Assembly: GCA_030606485.1 (NCBI GenBank)
Contig: JAUWGH010000005.1
Span: 90,001-122,000 of the forward strand
DNA from: Promethearchaeota archaeon
GTDB lineage: Archaea > Asgardarchaeota > Lokiarchaeia > Sigyniarchaeales > SOKP01
Direction of reading: 5' to 3'
DNA length: 32,000 nucleotides
The notes below the pieces were generated by a model. That model worked only from the letters and a program-made list of their open reading frames with translations. It searched no databases and was not told the DNA's origin. A program made the translations under genes and the position numbers. Shown in pieces: positions 17,646 to 26,704 of this stretch. How positions within the stretch are numbered: the stretch's first letter is position 1; each line of letters starts with the position of its first letter.

Positions 17646-20039
17646 ATGACTAAGATAAAGAACTTCTACGGATGGATATTGGACGTCACCACATATGCAA
17701 GTGGGATTATTTTATGGGTCAAAATAAAAAAAGAAAACCAAACAGTTCAGATTAAATCTGAATTTCAGCCAGAATTTTTCGCAGTTCCAAAAAAAGGGCG
17801 ATTTGGAAGCGATTTTCCAAGGCTGAAGCAGATCCTCAAATCCCACCCAAATATTGTCAGAGCAAGACTTTGTAGTAAGTATGTCTCGATTGACGATTGC
17901 GAAAAAAGGATGATTTTTGGGGTGTCAGTAAAAAAGCCTTCTGTATTCAAATCTACAATAAAAGATATCGAAAAACTTGATTATTTCACGTTATATAATA
18001 CTGACATTCCAATTGCTCAAATGTATTTCTACGTGAATAGTCTCTTTCCAATGGCTTTCTGTTGCTTTTCAGTGAGTTTGGGTGAAAATAATGAAATGCA
18101 TTTGCTCTCTTATGAGTTAAAGGATAACAACGAAGACTTGTTTTATGAGACGCCTCCCTTGAGGGCGATTTGGTTGGAGATCAAAGTCCAGCAGAAGGGT
18201 TTGAGACCACAATTTAATGAGCCGATGGCATATGCGGAGATAGGAATTGTCGAGAATGAAAGAAAGGCAGACATGCCCAGAGCCGATTCTCCGATAAAGA
18301 GAACCATACTTATTGATAATGGTGATGAGGAAGAAAATTTGTTGGAGATAGTTCGAACTATTGAAAGGATTGATCCGGATATTATTCTTACAAAAAGGGG
18401 TGATGAATTTGCAATGCCTTATTTAGTTGCTCGAGCTTCTGCAAATCGAATTACAAGAAGATTTTATCTATCTCGCACCAAGACCCCCCTCAAGAGCGGA
18501 ATCTTCAAGTTAAGTGGTGAAGACCATTTTTTTTCCTACGGGATCATATATCGTCGTTCGCAAACCCAGTGTTATTTAACTGGCCGATTTCATTTGGACT
18601 CTTCAGCCTACGGAAGCCTTCATTTCATCGATGGTAATATTCCAGGGGTCATTGAAGTTGCGCGAGTGTCTCGAGTTCCAATACAACGACTTACCCGAGT
18701 TACAATTGGTGGCGCCCTACAATCCATACAATTCTATAATGCGTATCAGTCTGATATTCTTATTCCACCTTTAAAAAGTAATGCAGAAGACTTCAAAACA
18801 GCTCTCGATCTAATTTTAGCAGATAGGGGCGGACATATTTTTGAGCCGAAGATCGGAGTGTTTAATAATGTTGCTGAACTAGATTTCGCTTCAATGTACC
18901 CCTCATTAATGAGTACATATAATATCTCACCCGAAACCCTCAATTGTAAATGTTGCAAAGATGATCCTTCAGCAATTCAAGTTCCGGGATTGAACTATCA
19001 TATCTGTAAGAAACGACGCGGTATTGTTTCAAAATCAATTGAAATACCTTTGAGAAAAAGATTAGTATACAAACAAATTGCGAAAGAGACTGGAAATATT
19101 AAGTATAAATATATGCAGAAAGCCCTAAAATGGATACTCGTCGTTTCATTTGGATATTTAGGGTTCAAGAATTCACGATTTGGCCGAATAGAGGCGCATC
19201 AAACTGTTTGTGCGTATTCTCGTGAGTTTTTATTACAATCGGCAGAAATTGCTCGTGAATATGGATATAAAATAATTCACGGTATTGTAGACTCCTTATA
19301 TATAGAAAACAAAAAAAACACTTCAAATGAGCAATTTAGGAAAGATTGCGAGGAAATTTGCAAAAGAATAGAAGAAGCAACGAAAATTCCAATTAATATT
19401 GAAGGAATATATAATTTCATTGTATTCATGCCCTCTCGTGCGAATCCAAAAATACCTACACTCAATCATTATTGGGGAGTAAGAGTCGATGGGACAACAA
19501 AGCTGAGAGGAATTGATATTAGACGCAGAGATACACCAAAGATCGTGAAAGAGGCACAGAAGGCAATGATTAATGTCTTTATGAATGTGAAAACTAAACA
19601 ACAATTTTTGTCTAAGATCCCTGAAGCAAAAAGTGTTTTATATTATTATTTAGATAAAATTGATAGTGGGAATGTAACGGCTGAAGAGCTAAGCGTCACA
19701 ATAAGAGTTTCTCGAAAACCTTCCCAATATAAAGTAAATTCATATCAAGCGGTTGCTGCCAACCAAAAGGAGAAAGCAGGGGTGCCAGTGTCTGCGGGTC
19801 AAAAAGTAAAATTTATCATTACAAACGCTGAAGCTGATCCAAGTTCAGCATATAAGAAAGTAATCCTTTCGGAACTGTACAACCCAAAAAAACATCAATA
19901 TGACAAGAAAAAATATAGAGAACTCCTAACTCGTGCATTTAAAAATATCATCCCCTTTGAATTGCCAGATTTGGAAAATTCAATAAAATCGAGAAATGAA
20001 GAAAGAAAACTTCAAGAAACTCTTCTGAATTTTGTCTAA
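17646..20039 (+). CDS. polB2: Family B DNA polymerase, PolB2 type
   Basis: Motif A ELDFASMYPS is intact. Motif B is KWILVVSFGYLG and motif C is HGIVDSLY, both PolB2-type substitutions. The exonuclease DxE motif is not recognisable. RGIDIRRRDTP thumb motif. Confidence 0.88.
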   Translation: MTKIKNFYGWILDVTTYASGIILWVKIKKENQTVQIKSEFQPEFFAVPKKGRFGSDFPRLKQILKSHPNIVRARLCSKYVSIDDCEKRMIFGVSVKKPSVFKSTIKDIEKLDYFTLYNTDIPIAQMYFYVNSLFPMAFCCFSVSLGENNEMHLLSYELKDNNEDLFYETPPLRAIWLEIKVQQKGLRPQFNEPMAYAEIGIVENERKADMPRADSPIKRTILIDNGDEEENLLEIVRTIERIDPDIILTKRGDEFAMPYLVARASANRITRRFYLSRTKTPLKSGIFKLSGEDHFFSYGIIYRRSQTQCYLTGRFHLDSSAYGSLHFIDGNIPGVIEVARVSRVPIQRLTRVTIGGALQSIQFYNAYQSDILIPPLKSNAEDFKTALDLILADRGGHIFEPKIGVFNNVAELDFASMYPSLMSTYNISPETLNCKCCKDDPSAIQVPGLNYHICKKRRGIVSKSIEIPLRKRLVYKQIAKETGNIKYKYMQKALKWILVVSFGYLGFKNSRFGRIEAHQTVCAYSREFLLQSAEIAREYGYKIIHGIVDSLYIENKKNTSNEQFRKDCEEICKRIEEATKIPINIEGIYNFIVFMPSRANPKIPTLNHYWGVRVDGTTKLRGIDIRRRDTPKIVKEAQKAMINVFMNVKTKQQFLSKIPEAKSVLYYYLDKIDSGNVTAEELSVTIRVSRKPSQYKVNSYQAVAANQKEKAGVPVSAGQKVKFIITNAEADPSSAYKKVILSELYNPKKHQYDKKKYRELLTRAFKNIIPFELPDLENSIKSRNEERKLQETLLNFV

Positions 20040-20043
20040 TTTT

Positions 20044-20745
20044 TTATTCTAATTCTAATTTTCTCTCTGAAGGAATTAATTTTTGCATTATGTAAAATAT
20101 TGAGCCATAATCTTTTTGATTCTTCTTGACCATATCTATTTCATTTTGATATTTTTTAAATATCTTAAGAGCTTCCGGATTATTACCATATTTTTTACGT
20201 AGTTCTTTGATTCGTATTTCTAGAGGATTATAATATTCTATCCACCAAGCGTCCTCGGGTAACGAAAAATAATTAATAAGTTTATAGCCACAGCTATGTA
20301 TCTTCTTAATCTTATTTGATACATTTTTTTTCTCATCATGGACAACTAAGAAACCGTTGGTTTTAAGTAACCGACTCCATTCCTTAAGACCTTTTTCAAA
20401 ACCAATTATGAATATTGAACCTTCTGACCAGATGATATCGAAATATTCATCTGGGAAATCCATCTCAAATAAAGAGCATTTTAAAGCTTTCATTCGATTT
20501 GAAAAGCCGTTTTCTTCAATCTTTCTATTCAGTTTATCTAAGAGAGATTGGTTGATATCTATTCCAATTATTTCACTATTACTCAACTTTGCCAATTCAA
20601 TAGTTGCAACACCCGAACCACACCCTATATCAAGAATACGTGGTTTTTCCAATTCAGGAAGCAGTTGAAATGCTTTTCTTGTATATTTATTAAAGTTTTC
20701 TCTAAAATGGTCTAGATACATCTCGAATAATAGGTCTTTAGACAT
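20044..20745 (-). CDS. Class I SAM-dependent methyltransferase
   Basis: ILDIGCGSG, IGIDI, FDIIWSEGS. Confidence 0.9.
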   Translation of the reverse strand: MSKDLLFEMYLDHFRENFNKYTRKAFQLLPELEKPRILDIGCGSGVATIELAKLSNSEIIGIDINQSLLDKLNRKIEENGFSNRMKALKCSLFEMDFPDEYFDIIWSEGSIFIIGFEKGLKEWSRLLKTNGFLVVHDEKKNVSNKIKKIHSCGYKLINYFSLPEDAWWIEYYNPLEIRIKELRKKYGNNPEALKIFKKYQNEIDMVKKNQKDYGSIFYIMQKLIPSERKLELE

Positions 20746-20801
20746 AAATTTACATCCAATTTTATATTAAGAAATCTTTTATCAGGAATTTTTTTTAAAC
20801 T

Positions 20802-21986
20802 TTAATTAATAATTTGTGAAATTCTTTCTAATGCTTCTTTGATTCTCTCTATTGGTTGAGTTAAAGCAAATCTAACAAAATCTTCTCCATATTGGCCAAA
20901 TCCAATTCCTGGAGTAATAACAACACCAACTTCTATCAGATTTTTCACAAAATCCATGCAGCTCTTTTTACCTTGGGGGATTTGTGTCCAAACATAAAAA
21001 GTTGCTTGTGGTTTTTCAGTTTTCCATCCAATTTCATTTAATCCATTTATTAAGACATCTCGCCTTTTTTCATATATTTTCATATTTTTTTCCACAAATT
21101 CTGGTTTTTTTTCCGATTTATATTCATTTAAACCTTTGATAACAGCCTTCTGGATAAAAATAGGACACCCGGAGTCAATTTGAGATTTGATCTTCCTTAA
21201 TCCACTAATTAAATAATCATCTCCAGCTACCCAACCACATCTAAATCCAGTCATACAAAACATTTTTGAAGCAGTGTTAATTTCTATATGATTCTGGTTA
21301 ATTTGTAAAAGGGTTGGAGCGATATAATCGTTAAATGTGAATTCAGAATAGGGATTATCATAGACTATAAAAAAATTATAATCTTCCGCATAATCAACAA
21401 CTTTTTTAAGGAAATTTATCGGTGCAATCGCGCCAGTTGGGTTATTTGGATAATTTAAATACATCATTTTAGCTTTTTTGAGAATATTTGTCTCTATTAT
21501 CTCTAAATCCGGAAGAAAATTATTTTGTTCCAATAAAGGCATTAAATACGGTTTTCCGTCACATAAAGTGGTAGCACCATATTCATAAACCGGATACCCA
21601 GGATTTGGACATAAAACGATATCGCCCGGGTTAATAAAAGCTCTAGCTATATTTGCAACTCCTTCTTTTCCACCTATTAAATTTGAAATCTCATTTTCGG
21701 GGTTAAAATCCAATCCAAACCGTACTTTATACCAATTAGCTACGGCAGTTCTAAAATCTTCCTCTCCCATACTTGCTGGATAATTCTGATTTTTTGGAAA
21801 TTTAACTTGTTCAATCATTTCATTAAGTATAAATTCGGGAGTTGTTAAATCGGGATCTCCTATTCCGAGTGAAATTAAATCCATTCCCTCTCTTTCTTTT
21901 TTCACCTTGAGTTCTTCTATAGCCGCAAAAATGTATTCAGGTAATTGTTTGACACGATCTGCTAATTCAATTTTTATACTAAACAC
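20802..21986 (-). CDS. dapL: Class I/II PLP aminotransferase, LL-diaminopimelate aminotransferase-like
   Basis: LGIGDPD, GGKEGVAN, PNPGYPVY, NYPNNPTGA, DNPYSE, SKMFCMTGFRCGW (PLP Lys), TPGIGFGQYGEDFVRFAL. Substrate is not certain. Confidence 0.75.
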   Translation of the reverse strand: MFSIKIELADRVKQLPEYIFAAIEELKVKKEREGMDLISLGIGDPDLTTPEFILNEMIEQVKFPKNQNYPASMGEEDFRTAVANWYKVRFGLDFNPENEISNLIGGKEGVANIARAFINPGDIVLCPNPGYPVYEYGATTLCDGKPYLMPLLEQNNFLPDLEIIETNILKKAKMMYLNYPNNPTGAIAPINFLKKVVDYAEDYNFFIVYDNPYSEFTFNDYIAPTLLQINQNHIEINTASKMFCMTGFRCGWVAGDDYLISGLRKIKSQIDSGCPIFIQKAVIKGLNEYKSEKKPEFVEKNMKIYEKRRDVLINGLNEIGWKTEKPQATFYVWTQIPQGKKSCMDFVKNLIEVGVVITPGIGFGQYGEDFVRFALTQPIERIKEALERISQIIN

Positions 21987-22230
21987 CTTAAAAGTTAAAA
22001 ATTTGAAGATGAAATATGTGAGAACTATTAAATATTTTTCTTCAATGACTTATTAATTAAAAATTAATTTTGTCTTCCCTAGAGATGCTGAATTAATAAA
22101 AAATCTAACTATAAATAATTAAAATAATAAGTTTGATAAGACATTTTTATTTTATAAGCTAAAAATTTTTAGTTTGTAACTTATATAGATTTAAAAAGAT
22201 AGTAGATATTAAATTAAAATAAAAAAAGCC

Positions 22231-22245
22231 TATAGTAATACTATA
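22231..22245. promoter_or_regulatory. Perfect 7-1-7 palindrome upstream of the DUF134 gene
   Basis: TATAGTA-A-TACTATA, ending 18 nt before the ATG at 22263. Confidence 0.35.
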
Positions 22246-22262
22246 TTTCTAAATGATGTAAT

Positions 22263-22706
22263 ATGGGGAGACCTCATAGAATTCGCTATGTTGAAAGATT
22301 TCCAGATTTTACGTATTTTAAACCCCAAAGTGATTCTTTTAAAAAAGGTTTTGAGGTAATTTTAACCGTTGCAGAATTTGAAGCATTAAGATTAAAACAT
22401 CACGAAAGAAAAACACAAATAGAGTGTGCTGAACTGATGAATGTCTCACAACCCACTTTCTCTCGAATATTAGATTTAGCTCATAAAAAAATTACAGAAG
22501 CATTATTACACGGTAAAGCAATTCGAATTGCAGGGGGTCCAATCGGAATAAAAAAACTCTTTATTGGTTATGGATGTTTAAATTGTTTTAATGAATGGCA
22601 AGATGGAAAAGCATCAGAAATTAATAAAGAATCTGTAGTATGTCCTGAATGCAATTCAAAAAATTTGTATTTCTTAAAAAAAGATATGCTGCAACAAATG
22701 ACCTAA
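22263..22706 (+). CDS. DUF134 HTH protein with C-terminal zinc ribbon
   Basis: MGRPHRIR, LTVAEFEALRL, TQIECAELMNVSQPTFSRIL..AHKKITEALLHGKAIRIAGG, CLNC...CPEC. Confidence 0.9.
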   Translation: MGRPHRIRYVERFPDFTYFKPQSDSFKKGFEVILTVAEFEALRLKHHERKTQIECAELMNVSQPTFSRILDLAHKKITEALLHGKAIRIAGGPIGIKKLFIGYGCLNCFNEWQDGKASEINKESVVCPECNSKNLYFLKKDMLQQMT

Positions 22707-22707
22707 G

Positions 22708-23154
22708 CTATTTTTTGCTTTCAAAATATTTTTTTAATACTTTATTTAGGGTGTTTACAGCCAATAAAGGACAATGAGTATGACTTGAAGGCAGTTTTTT
22801 TAATTCCTTTATAATATCATCAGGTGTAATTCTTAAGGCTTCTTCAATACTTTTATTTTGTGCCATAATCGTGAGTTGGCAACCCGAAGCAACCGATGGC
22901 CCACAACCATCAGTTATGAAAGTTATTTTCTCTATAACATTATCTTTTTCGTTGATTTTTAAAAAAAACTGCATTGTATCTCCGCAAGGTCCTAAGAATT
23001 TATCTTCAACTGTTGGATTTTCCATTTTTCCCCAATTTTTGGGATTATGAGATAACTCAATCACTCGCTTAGAAAATGTCTTGGACTCTTCGTCATCGAT
23101 CTCCTTTTGGAGGTTTTTTACGAATTCTTCGAATTGATCATTGAGATTATTCAT
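22708..23154 (-). CDS. iscU: IscU/NifU-type Fe-S scaffold protein
   Basis: NPKNWG, GPCGD, TDGCG, HTHCP: three conserved Cys plus the Asp and His. Confidence 0.88.
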   Translation of the reverse strand: MNNLNDQFEEFVKNLQKEIDDEESKTFSKRVIELSHNPKNWGKMENPTVEDKFLGPCGDTMQFFLKINEKDNVIEKITFITDGCGPSVASGCQLTIMAQNKSIEEALRITPDDIIKELKKLPSSHTHCPLLAVNTLNKVLKKYFESKK

Positions 23155-23214
23155 AATAAAAAGAAATTAAAAAAAAATAAAAATTTTATCTTCAAATATT
23201 TTATTTATTATATT

Positions 23215-23595
23215 TTATTCATGAGAATGTCCATCTTCTTTTGCAATTCCGTAGCCCTTTCCTCCACCCGGAGAACACAAACTTTCTCCTCCTTCTAATG
23301 TTCCATCTTTTATTTTTTGAATGACATCATCTATTCTACCGGTAGCTCCAAGAATTACATCTATTCCATATTGCTTAAAAAATTCTTGAGCACGCCACCC
23401 CATACCACCAGCGATCATAACATTTACTCCATTTTGGCTCATAAATTGTGGAATAGTTCCGGTTGCATGACCAGGATTGTTAATTTCTGTTCGATTTACT
23501 ATTACTCCATTTTCAATATCCAACAAAGTATAAGAGGGGCATCTTCCAAAATGTGCAGAAACTGTTCCAGAATCTGTACTAATAGCAACTTTCAT
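23215..23595 (-). CDS. NifB/NifX (FeMo-co biosynthesis-like) family protein
   Basis: VSAHFGRCPSY, NPGH, VMIAGGMG.RA, C-terminal CSPGGG..HSHE. Confidence 0.88.
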   Translation of the reverse strand: MKVAISTDSGTVSAHFGRCPSYTLLDIENGVIVNRTEINNPGHATGTIPQFMSQNGVNVMIAGGMGWRAQEFFKQYGIDVILGATGRIDDVIQKIKDGTLEGGESLCSPGGGKGYGIAKEDGHSHE

Positions 23596-23666
23596 AATAT
23601 TTATACCTACTATTTTTGATTTATAAATTTACAATATTATTTATATTCAATTTTTATAAAAAATAA

Positions 23667-24596
23667 TTATATTTTTTGTATTATATTTTTAATATTTTTA
23701 TATATCTCTTTTATAGCAATGCTTGCTTTTGAGTTTGGAGCATATTCAACCACTGGTTGAGCATTCGAAATTGCCCGTGCCACGGAAAAATCAAAAGGAA
23801 TTCTCCCAATAACATTATAGTTTTTTTCAATTATATATTGCTTAAATTTTTCTTGAAATTCACTTTCTAAATCTGCTTTATTAACAATAATACTAAATGG
23901 AATTTTAAATTGATTAGTTACTTCAATCACTCGTATCATATCGTGTAAGGCAGAGGGTGTAGGTTCTACCATAGCAATAACATAGTTAAGTCCGGAAATT
24001 GTTGCAATTACCGGGCATCCAATTCCAGGTGGTCCGTCTATTACTTCTAACTGCGCAGAAATTGATTTATTTACTTCTTCAGCAAAATTCTTACATTCAG
24101 TAACCGTTTTACCTGAAGTTGTAGAGCCTAATATAGTTTCGCCATATATTAAAGGTATATCATTTATTGTTGTATAAGATTTAATTACTCCACTCTTTAC
24201 TGCTTCAATTAAAAATGCTTTTTCAGGACATAAATATGCGCACGCTCCACAGCCTTCACATGAAAGATAATCTATAATTGGAATTTGTTGTTCATCATTC
24301 CAATATAGTGCATTAAATTCACAATAATGTTCGTCAATACATTTTTTACAATGCACACATTTTTCTTCCAGAAAATTAGCTTTTAGTGTAGTATATAAAT
24401 CTTTGTTCACAATATCACTCTTCGATTTGAATAGTAAAGCTAAATTTGGTGCATCTACATCACAATCTAATAAAATTACACCTTTAATCTCTGGATCTTT
24501 CCTTGCCAGATATCCCAAAGCTGCAGCAATAGAAGTTTTTCCGACTCCCCCCTTTCCGCTTAAAATACCTATTTTAAATGGTTCACTCTGACTCAG
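23667..24596 (-). CDS. MinD/ParA-family ATPase with 4Fe-4S ferredoxin insert; probable non-canonical CTG start
   Basis: The track ORF starts at 24518, after the P-loop. The in-frame upstream sequence encodes ILSGKGGVGKT. There is no ATG/GTG/TTG before the in-frame stop at 24615-17. CTG at 24596 is 8 nt after GAGGTG. Other motifs: DCDVDAPN, CxxCxxC, CEGCGAC..CP, DGPPGIGCP, EPTP. Confidence 0.85.
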   Translation of the reverse strand: MSQSEPFKIGILSGKGGVGKTSIAAALGYLARKDPEIKGVILLDCDVDAPNLALLFKSKSDIVNKDLYTTLKANFLEEKCVHCKKCIDEHYCEFNALYWNDEQQIPIIDYLSCEGCGACAYLCPEKAFLIEAVKSGVIKSYTTINDIPLIYGETILGSTTSGKTVTECKNFAEEVNKSISAQLEVIDGPPGIGCPVIATISGLNYVIAMVEPTPSALHDMIRVIEVTNQFKIPFSIIVNKADLESEFQEKFKQYIIEKNYNVIGRIPFDFSVARAISNAQPVVEYAPNSKASIAIKEIYKNIKNIIQKI

Positions 24597-24601
24597 CTTT
24601 A

Positions 24602-25543
24602 TTACACCTCTACTTTAATATTTGTCCATTCAAGTAAATTATTAAAAACCCTTTCGAAACCTATATATCCTTTTCCATTAGTATCAAATTTAGTATTTTC
24701 ATCCATTATAGGCACGCCAATTGCATAAGAATTGACAATTTCCTTATCTAATGGAATATCTCCTAATGCGTTTATTCCATCACTACTTAATTCTCTTAAA
24801 AAAACTTCTTTATTTCCAAGTAATGATGAACGATTTAGTATAACTTTAGTAGATTTACCTAATAATTTTATGAGTTTTATTATTCTTCTTAAGTCAAGAG
24901 CACCAAAAGGAGTTGGTTCTGTTACACTGATTACATAATCTGCGGTTGAGATTCCTTTCTCAACATCACAATGAGCTCCTGGCGCTGTGTCTAAAATAAC
25001 AATATCATATTTGTCAGGATTTGTTTCTATTTCCTTTTCCATGTTGTCAATTAATTTTTCTATAACTGCAGCTGAACGTGCTTCTCCAACTTTTAATTCC
25101 CCAACCCATAAATCTATATCCCTAATTTTTGTTTCATATGTCCATCCGATTACTTTTGAACTAGATATAATCGCCTTAACTGGACATAATTTATAACACA
25201 ATTTGCATCCTGAACATAATGTTAATATTGGAATAGGATATTGATCTTTTACTTGAAGTATTGCATGAGCCATGCAATTTTCTGCACATAACCCACATTT
25301 CGTGCATATATCGTTATTAAATTCAGGAAGAAAAAAAGACACTTCTTTTTGATTTTCTAATTTTCCACTTAATAATAAATAAGTATTGGGGTTATCAACA
25401 TCACAATCGATTAATAATACCTTCTTACCAAGATTTTTAAACATTATAGCAAAATTAACGGCAATTAATGTCTTTCCGGTTCCTCCTTTCCCACCGGTTA
25501 CAGTAATTATTTTTGGTTTCATAACGTTTATTCTTTTTTGCAT
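24602..25543 (-). CDS. MinD/ParA-family ATPase with 4Fe-4S ferredoxin insert (second paralogue)
   Basis: TGGKGGTGKT, DCDVDNPN, CTKCGLCAENC, CSGCKLCYKLCP, DTAPG..C, VTEPTPFG. Alternative start at ATG 25522. Confidence 0.9.
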   Translation of the reverse strand: MQKRINVMKPKIITVTGGKGGTGKTLIAVNFAIMFKNLGKKVLLIDCDVDNPNTYLLLSGKLENQKEVSFFLPEFNNDICTKCGLCAENCMAHAILQVKDQYPIPILTLCSGCKLCYKLCPVKAIISSSKVIGWTYETKIRDIDLWVGELKVGEARSAAVIEKLIDNMEKEIETNPDKYDIVILDTAPGAHCDVEKGISTADYVISVTEPTPFGALDLRRIIKLIKLLGKSTKVILNRSSLLGNKEVFLRELSSDGINALGDIPLDKEIVNSYAIGVPIMDENTKFDTNGKGYIGFERVFNNLLEWTNIKVEV

Positions 25544-25560
25544 CTAAAATGAAAAAATAG

Positions 25561-26043
25561 TTAAGATTGGCGTCGTCCCATACCGCCACCGCCCCCCATT
25601 CCACCGCCACCGCCCATTCCACGACCGCCACCGCCCATTCCACGACCACCACCGCCCATCCCAAAATGTGCTCCAACACTTGAATTACTTAAAGGAGTAA
25701 GCTTTCCTTCAATAAGTAATTTAATTGCTTCATTAACTGTTAAATTCTGTTGTAGCATTTGGTAAATTTTTATATTTAATGAATTAAGCGCATAAAATGC
25801 ATTTGGACCTAACTGTCCAACAATAGCTTCTGTTGCACCATTATTTCCCAAAATCTGTCCTGATTGAATTCCAGCACCACCCATTGCTCCTGCAGCTGTA
25901 TTACTAACAACATTCACAGAAGCAATTTCATTATTGACGAGCTTAACAAATGTAAATGATTCACACCTACCAAATCGTGGATTAATAGAGGACTGAAGAC
26001 CTCCTTCTCCGAAAGTAGGCACTGCAATAATCCTATCTACCAT
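25561..26043 (-). CDS. NifB/NifX family protein with Gly/Met/Arg-rich C-terminal tail
   Basis: PRFGRCESF, GAMGGAGIQ, IVGQLGPNA, tail (GMGGGGR)n. Confidence 0.88.
   Translation of the reverse strand: MVDRIIAVPTFGEGGLQSSINPRFGRCESFTFVKLVNNEIASVNVVSNTAAGAMGGAGIQSGQILGNNGATEAIVGQLGPNAFYALNSLNIKIYQMLQQNLTVNEAIKLLIEGKLTPLSNSSVGAHFGMGGGGRGMGGGGRGMGGGGGMGGGGGMGRRQS
25604..25663. repeat. 21-bp coding tandem repeat (encodes GMGGGGR)
   Basis: CCGCCACCGCCCATTCCACGA is exact at 25604-25624 and 25625-25645, with a diverged partial third copy after it. Confidence 0.85.
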
Positions 26044-26128
26044 AATTAATTATTCCTCTTTATTTTTAATATTTGTATATGAGTATAATTTAAAAATTTT
26101 CTTATAAAAAATTATAAAAAAAAAATAA

Positions 26129-26554
26129 TTATTCTGATTTTTCTGATGTTTGGTTTTTCTGTAATTCTGAAAGTCTTTTATCAATATCTTCTAAAGCACC
26201 TTTCATTGAATTTAATTCTGACTCAAGAAACTTTCTTTCTTGTTCTAACATGGCTGATTCTGATTGGGTAGTCATTCCTGGAGCCACAGGATAACCTGGT
26301 ACGATAGGAGGATATACTGGAGCTGTTACCTGATATCCTGGATAAATCCCAAGACCTCTTCCATAACCCCAATAACCTCTACCCCATCCCATGCCTCTAC
26401 CATAACCTCTACCTCTTCCCCAACCTCTACCCCAGCCAAGACCCAAACCACCGCCTCTTGTATATCCTGAAGTAGAATAACCTGCACAATACCCTAAAGC
26501 TCTTCCTGTCATTGGTCCCAAACCACCAGGACCAGTTCTATCTCCACCTGGCAT
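26129..26554 (-). CDS. DUF5320 family protein
   Basis: MPGGDRTGPGGLGPMTGRALGYCAG, GRG-rich middle, C-terminal coiled coil (LEQERKFLESEL...IDKRLSEL). Confidence 0.88.
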   Translation of the reverse strand: MPGGDRTGPGGLGPMTGRALGYCAGYSTSGYTRGGGLGLGWGRGWGRGRGYGRGMGWGRGYWGYGRGLGIYPGYQVTAPVYPPIVPGYPVAPGMTTQSESAMLEQERKFLESELNSMKGALEDIDKRLSELQKNQTSEKSE

Positions 26555-26594
26555 TTTTTATATACACACTTCCTTTTTTTATTAATTATTTTTT

Positions 26595-26653
26595 TATGAA
26601 TCATTATTCATATATATAAAATTCTTTATATACTTTTGCATAATTATTCAAAA
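26595..26653. promoter_or_regulatory. Operator-TATA-operator promoter of the DUF5320/NifX operon
   Basis: TATGAAT-CATT-ATTCATA (26595-26612, perfect 7-4-7) and TTTTGCAT-AATT-ATTCAAAA (26634-26653, one mismatch), 40 bp apart. The minus-strand TTTATATA at 26620-26613 lies between them. Confidence 0.6.
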
Positions 26654-26704
26654 CCCAAAAATAAATCATTTCTCTAGAAATTTAAAAAAAGAGATGTCAT
26701 TATT

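Noticed and set aside
16605-20039. PolB cassette as a casposon, pipolin or other self-synthesising element
   Set aside because: No integrase/Cas1, terminal repeats or protein-primed PolB features; the motifs match cellular PolB2.
25575-25663. GC-rich repeats as a possible CRISPR array or RNA gene
   Set aside because: There are no spacers; they are in-frame Gly codon repeats of a protein tail.
23215-26043. NifX/NifB-like and NifU-like genes as evidence of nitrogen fixation
   Set aside because: No nifH/D/K is present, the ATPases are MinD/ferredoxin type, and this cluster is common in non-diazotrophs.
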